From contig NC_135766.1 of the NCBI RefSeq assembly GCF_052425735.1, positions 27,714,001 through 27,778,000 on the forward strand: a stretch of 64,000 bases of DNA. The letters are read 5' to 3'. Positions 63,171-64,000 of this stretch are shown in pieces. The position numbers and the translations under genes are program-made. Origin of the DNA: Oculina patagonica (taxonomy: Eukaryota). Under the pieces are notes generated by a model, which ran no database searches, was not told where the DNA came from, and saw only the letters and a program-made list of their open reading frames with translations. Position 1 is the stretch's first letter; each line of letters opens with the position of its first letter.

Positions 63171-63559
63171 GGCCGAAAGGTGTAAAACAGACCTCGAACT
63201 TGCAGACGATGTTCAAGATTATACTTCTAAGATTTGAACATAAGGTTTCCAAAGGAAAAAAACTTGTTCCTATATTTTTGTGCTCTCCCGAGCTGAGATG
63301 CCGTAAAAAAACCCGAGACACAAGTTAGCTCTACCTAAGCCCCGTACTGATTTTTTAAAACGAAGTTTCTGTTACAGTGGGGCAAAGTTGTGGAATAGTC
63401 TTCCCCACGATGTCAGAGCTGCTAGTTCCTCTAGCCAATTTAAAAGATTTATCAATTGCCTGATGTCTCCCTCGTGCTCCCACACGGCAAACATGTAAAT
63501 CAGTTTTTTTTGTGTGTTTTAATCTTTGTAACTGATGTTTTTACCGTGTATAAATTAAG

Positions 63560-63560
<1 letters not shown>

Positions 63561-63591
<31 letters not shown>
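63561..63591. repeat. (TATG)n microsatellite
   Basis: Direct reading. Confidence 0.9.
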
Positions 63592-64000
63592 GAGTCACAA
63601 GACATGGCGACTAGGAGTATTGCTTCCCCCCCCCCCCACCCCCCCCCCCCTGGATGGGATGCTAGTCCATCGCAGTCGCATCGATTTAAAAAAACAAAAA
63701 GTTTAAACATTGGTTTAAAGTTTTAAAGAAAAAAAAAACACCCGAGTTAAGTCAATGTGTAAAAACGTTCCCTTTTTTCATTTATAGTAATGTTTAGTAC
63801 AAGGATAAGGCGTGAAAACGGTCTGTGTTTCAGATGCATGGTAAATCATAATGCGACAGCTTGCTGCCAGTAAACAGCGCGATTCATTCAAACTTTCTCA
63901 AGTGGCGACTCTACGGTGCATAGGACTGTAACATTGATTTAAATATTAGCCAGTCTGACTCGGGAGATTAGTCCCCGTGTCAATAATTTAAATTACTTTT

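Overview
AT-rich, intron-containing animal DNA, most likely a stony coral or other anthozoan (inferred from gene content and repeat types, not proven). The window is an innate-immunity locus full of transposons. It holds two oppositely oriented PARP14-like paralogs. Copy A is on the minus strand (exons 8500-3981) and its 3' end probably lies left of the window. Copy B is on the plus strand (about 45.7/46.6 kb to 57686): RRM-RRM-KH-macro-macro-KH-WWE-ART, H-Y-I mono-ART type, with one frameshift. A GT-B/GT4 glycosyltransferase exon (44609-43352, minus) sits head-to-head with copy B. Between them a ~95 bp cluster of STAT (GAS x2), NF-kB and IRF motifs suggests an immune-inducible bidirectional promoter. 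Splice phases and a continuous acidic tract allow the GT4 exon to join, through a small exon at 37019-36870, to PARP14-like copy A, giving a possible glycosyltransferase-PARP14 fusion gene (hypothesis). The interval contains a 12.6 kb CACTA/EnSpm transposon (intact transposase plus a divergent spliced ORF2) inside an inverted duplication. It also contains a young Gmr1-type Gypsy LTR element with two lesions, a chimeric PARP14 pseudo-exon, Crypton and LINE fragments, and many MITEs, including a triple nest at 663-3486.
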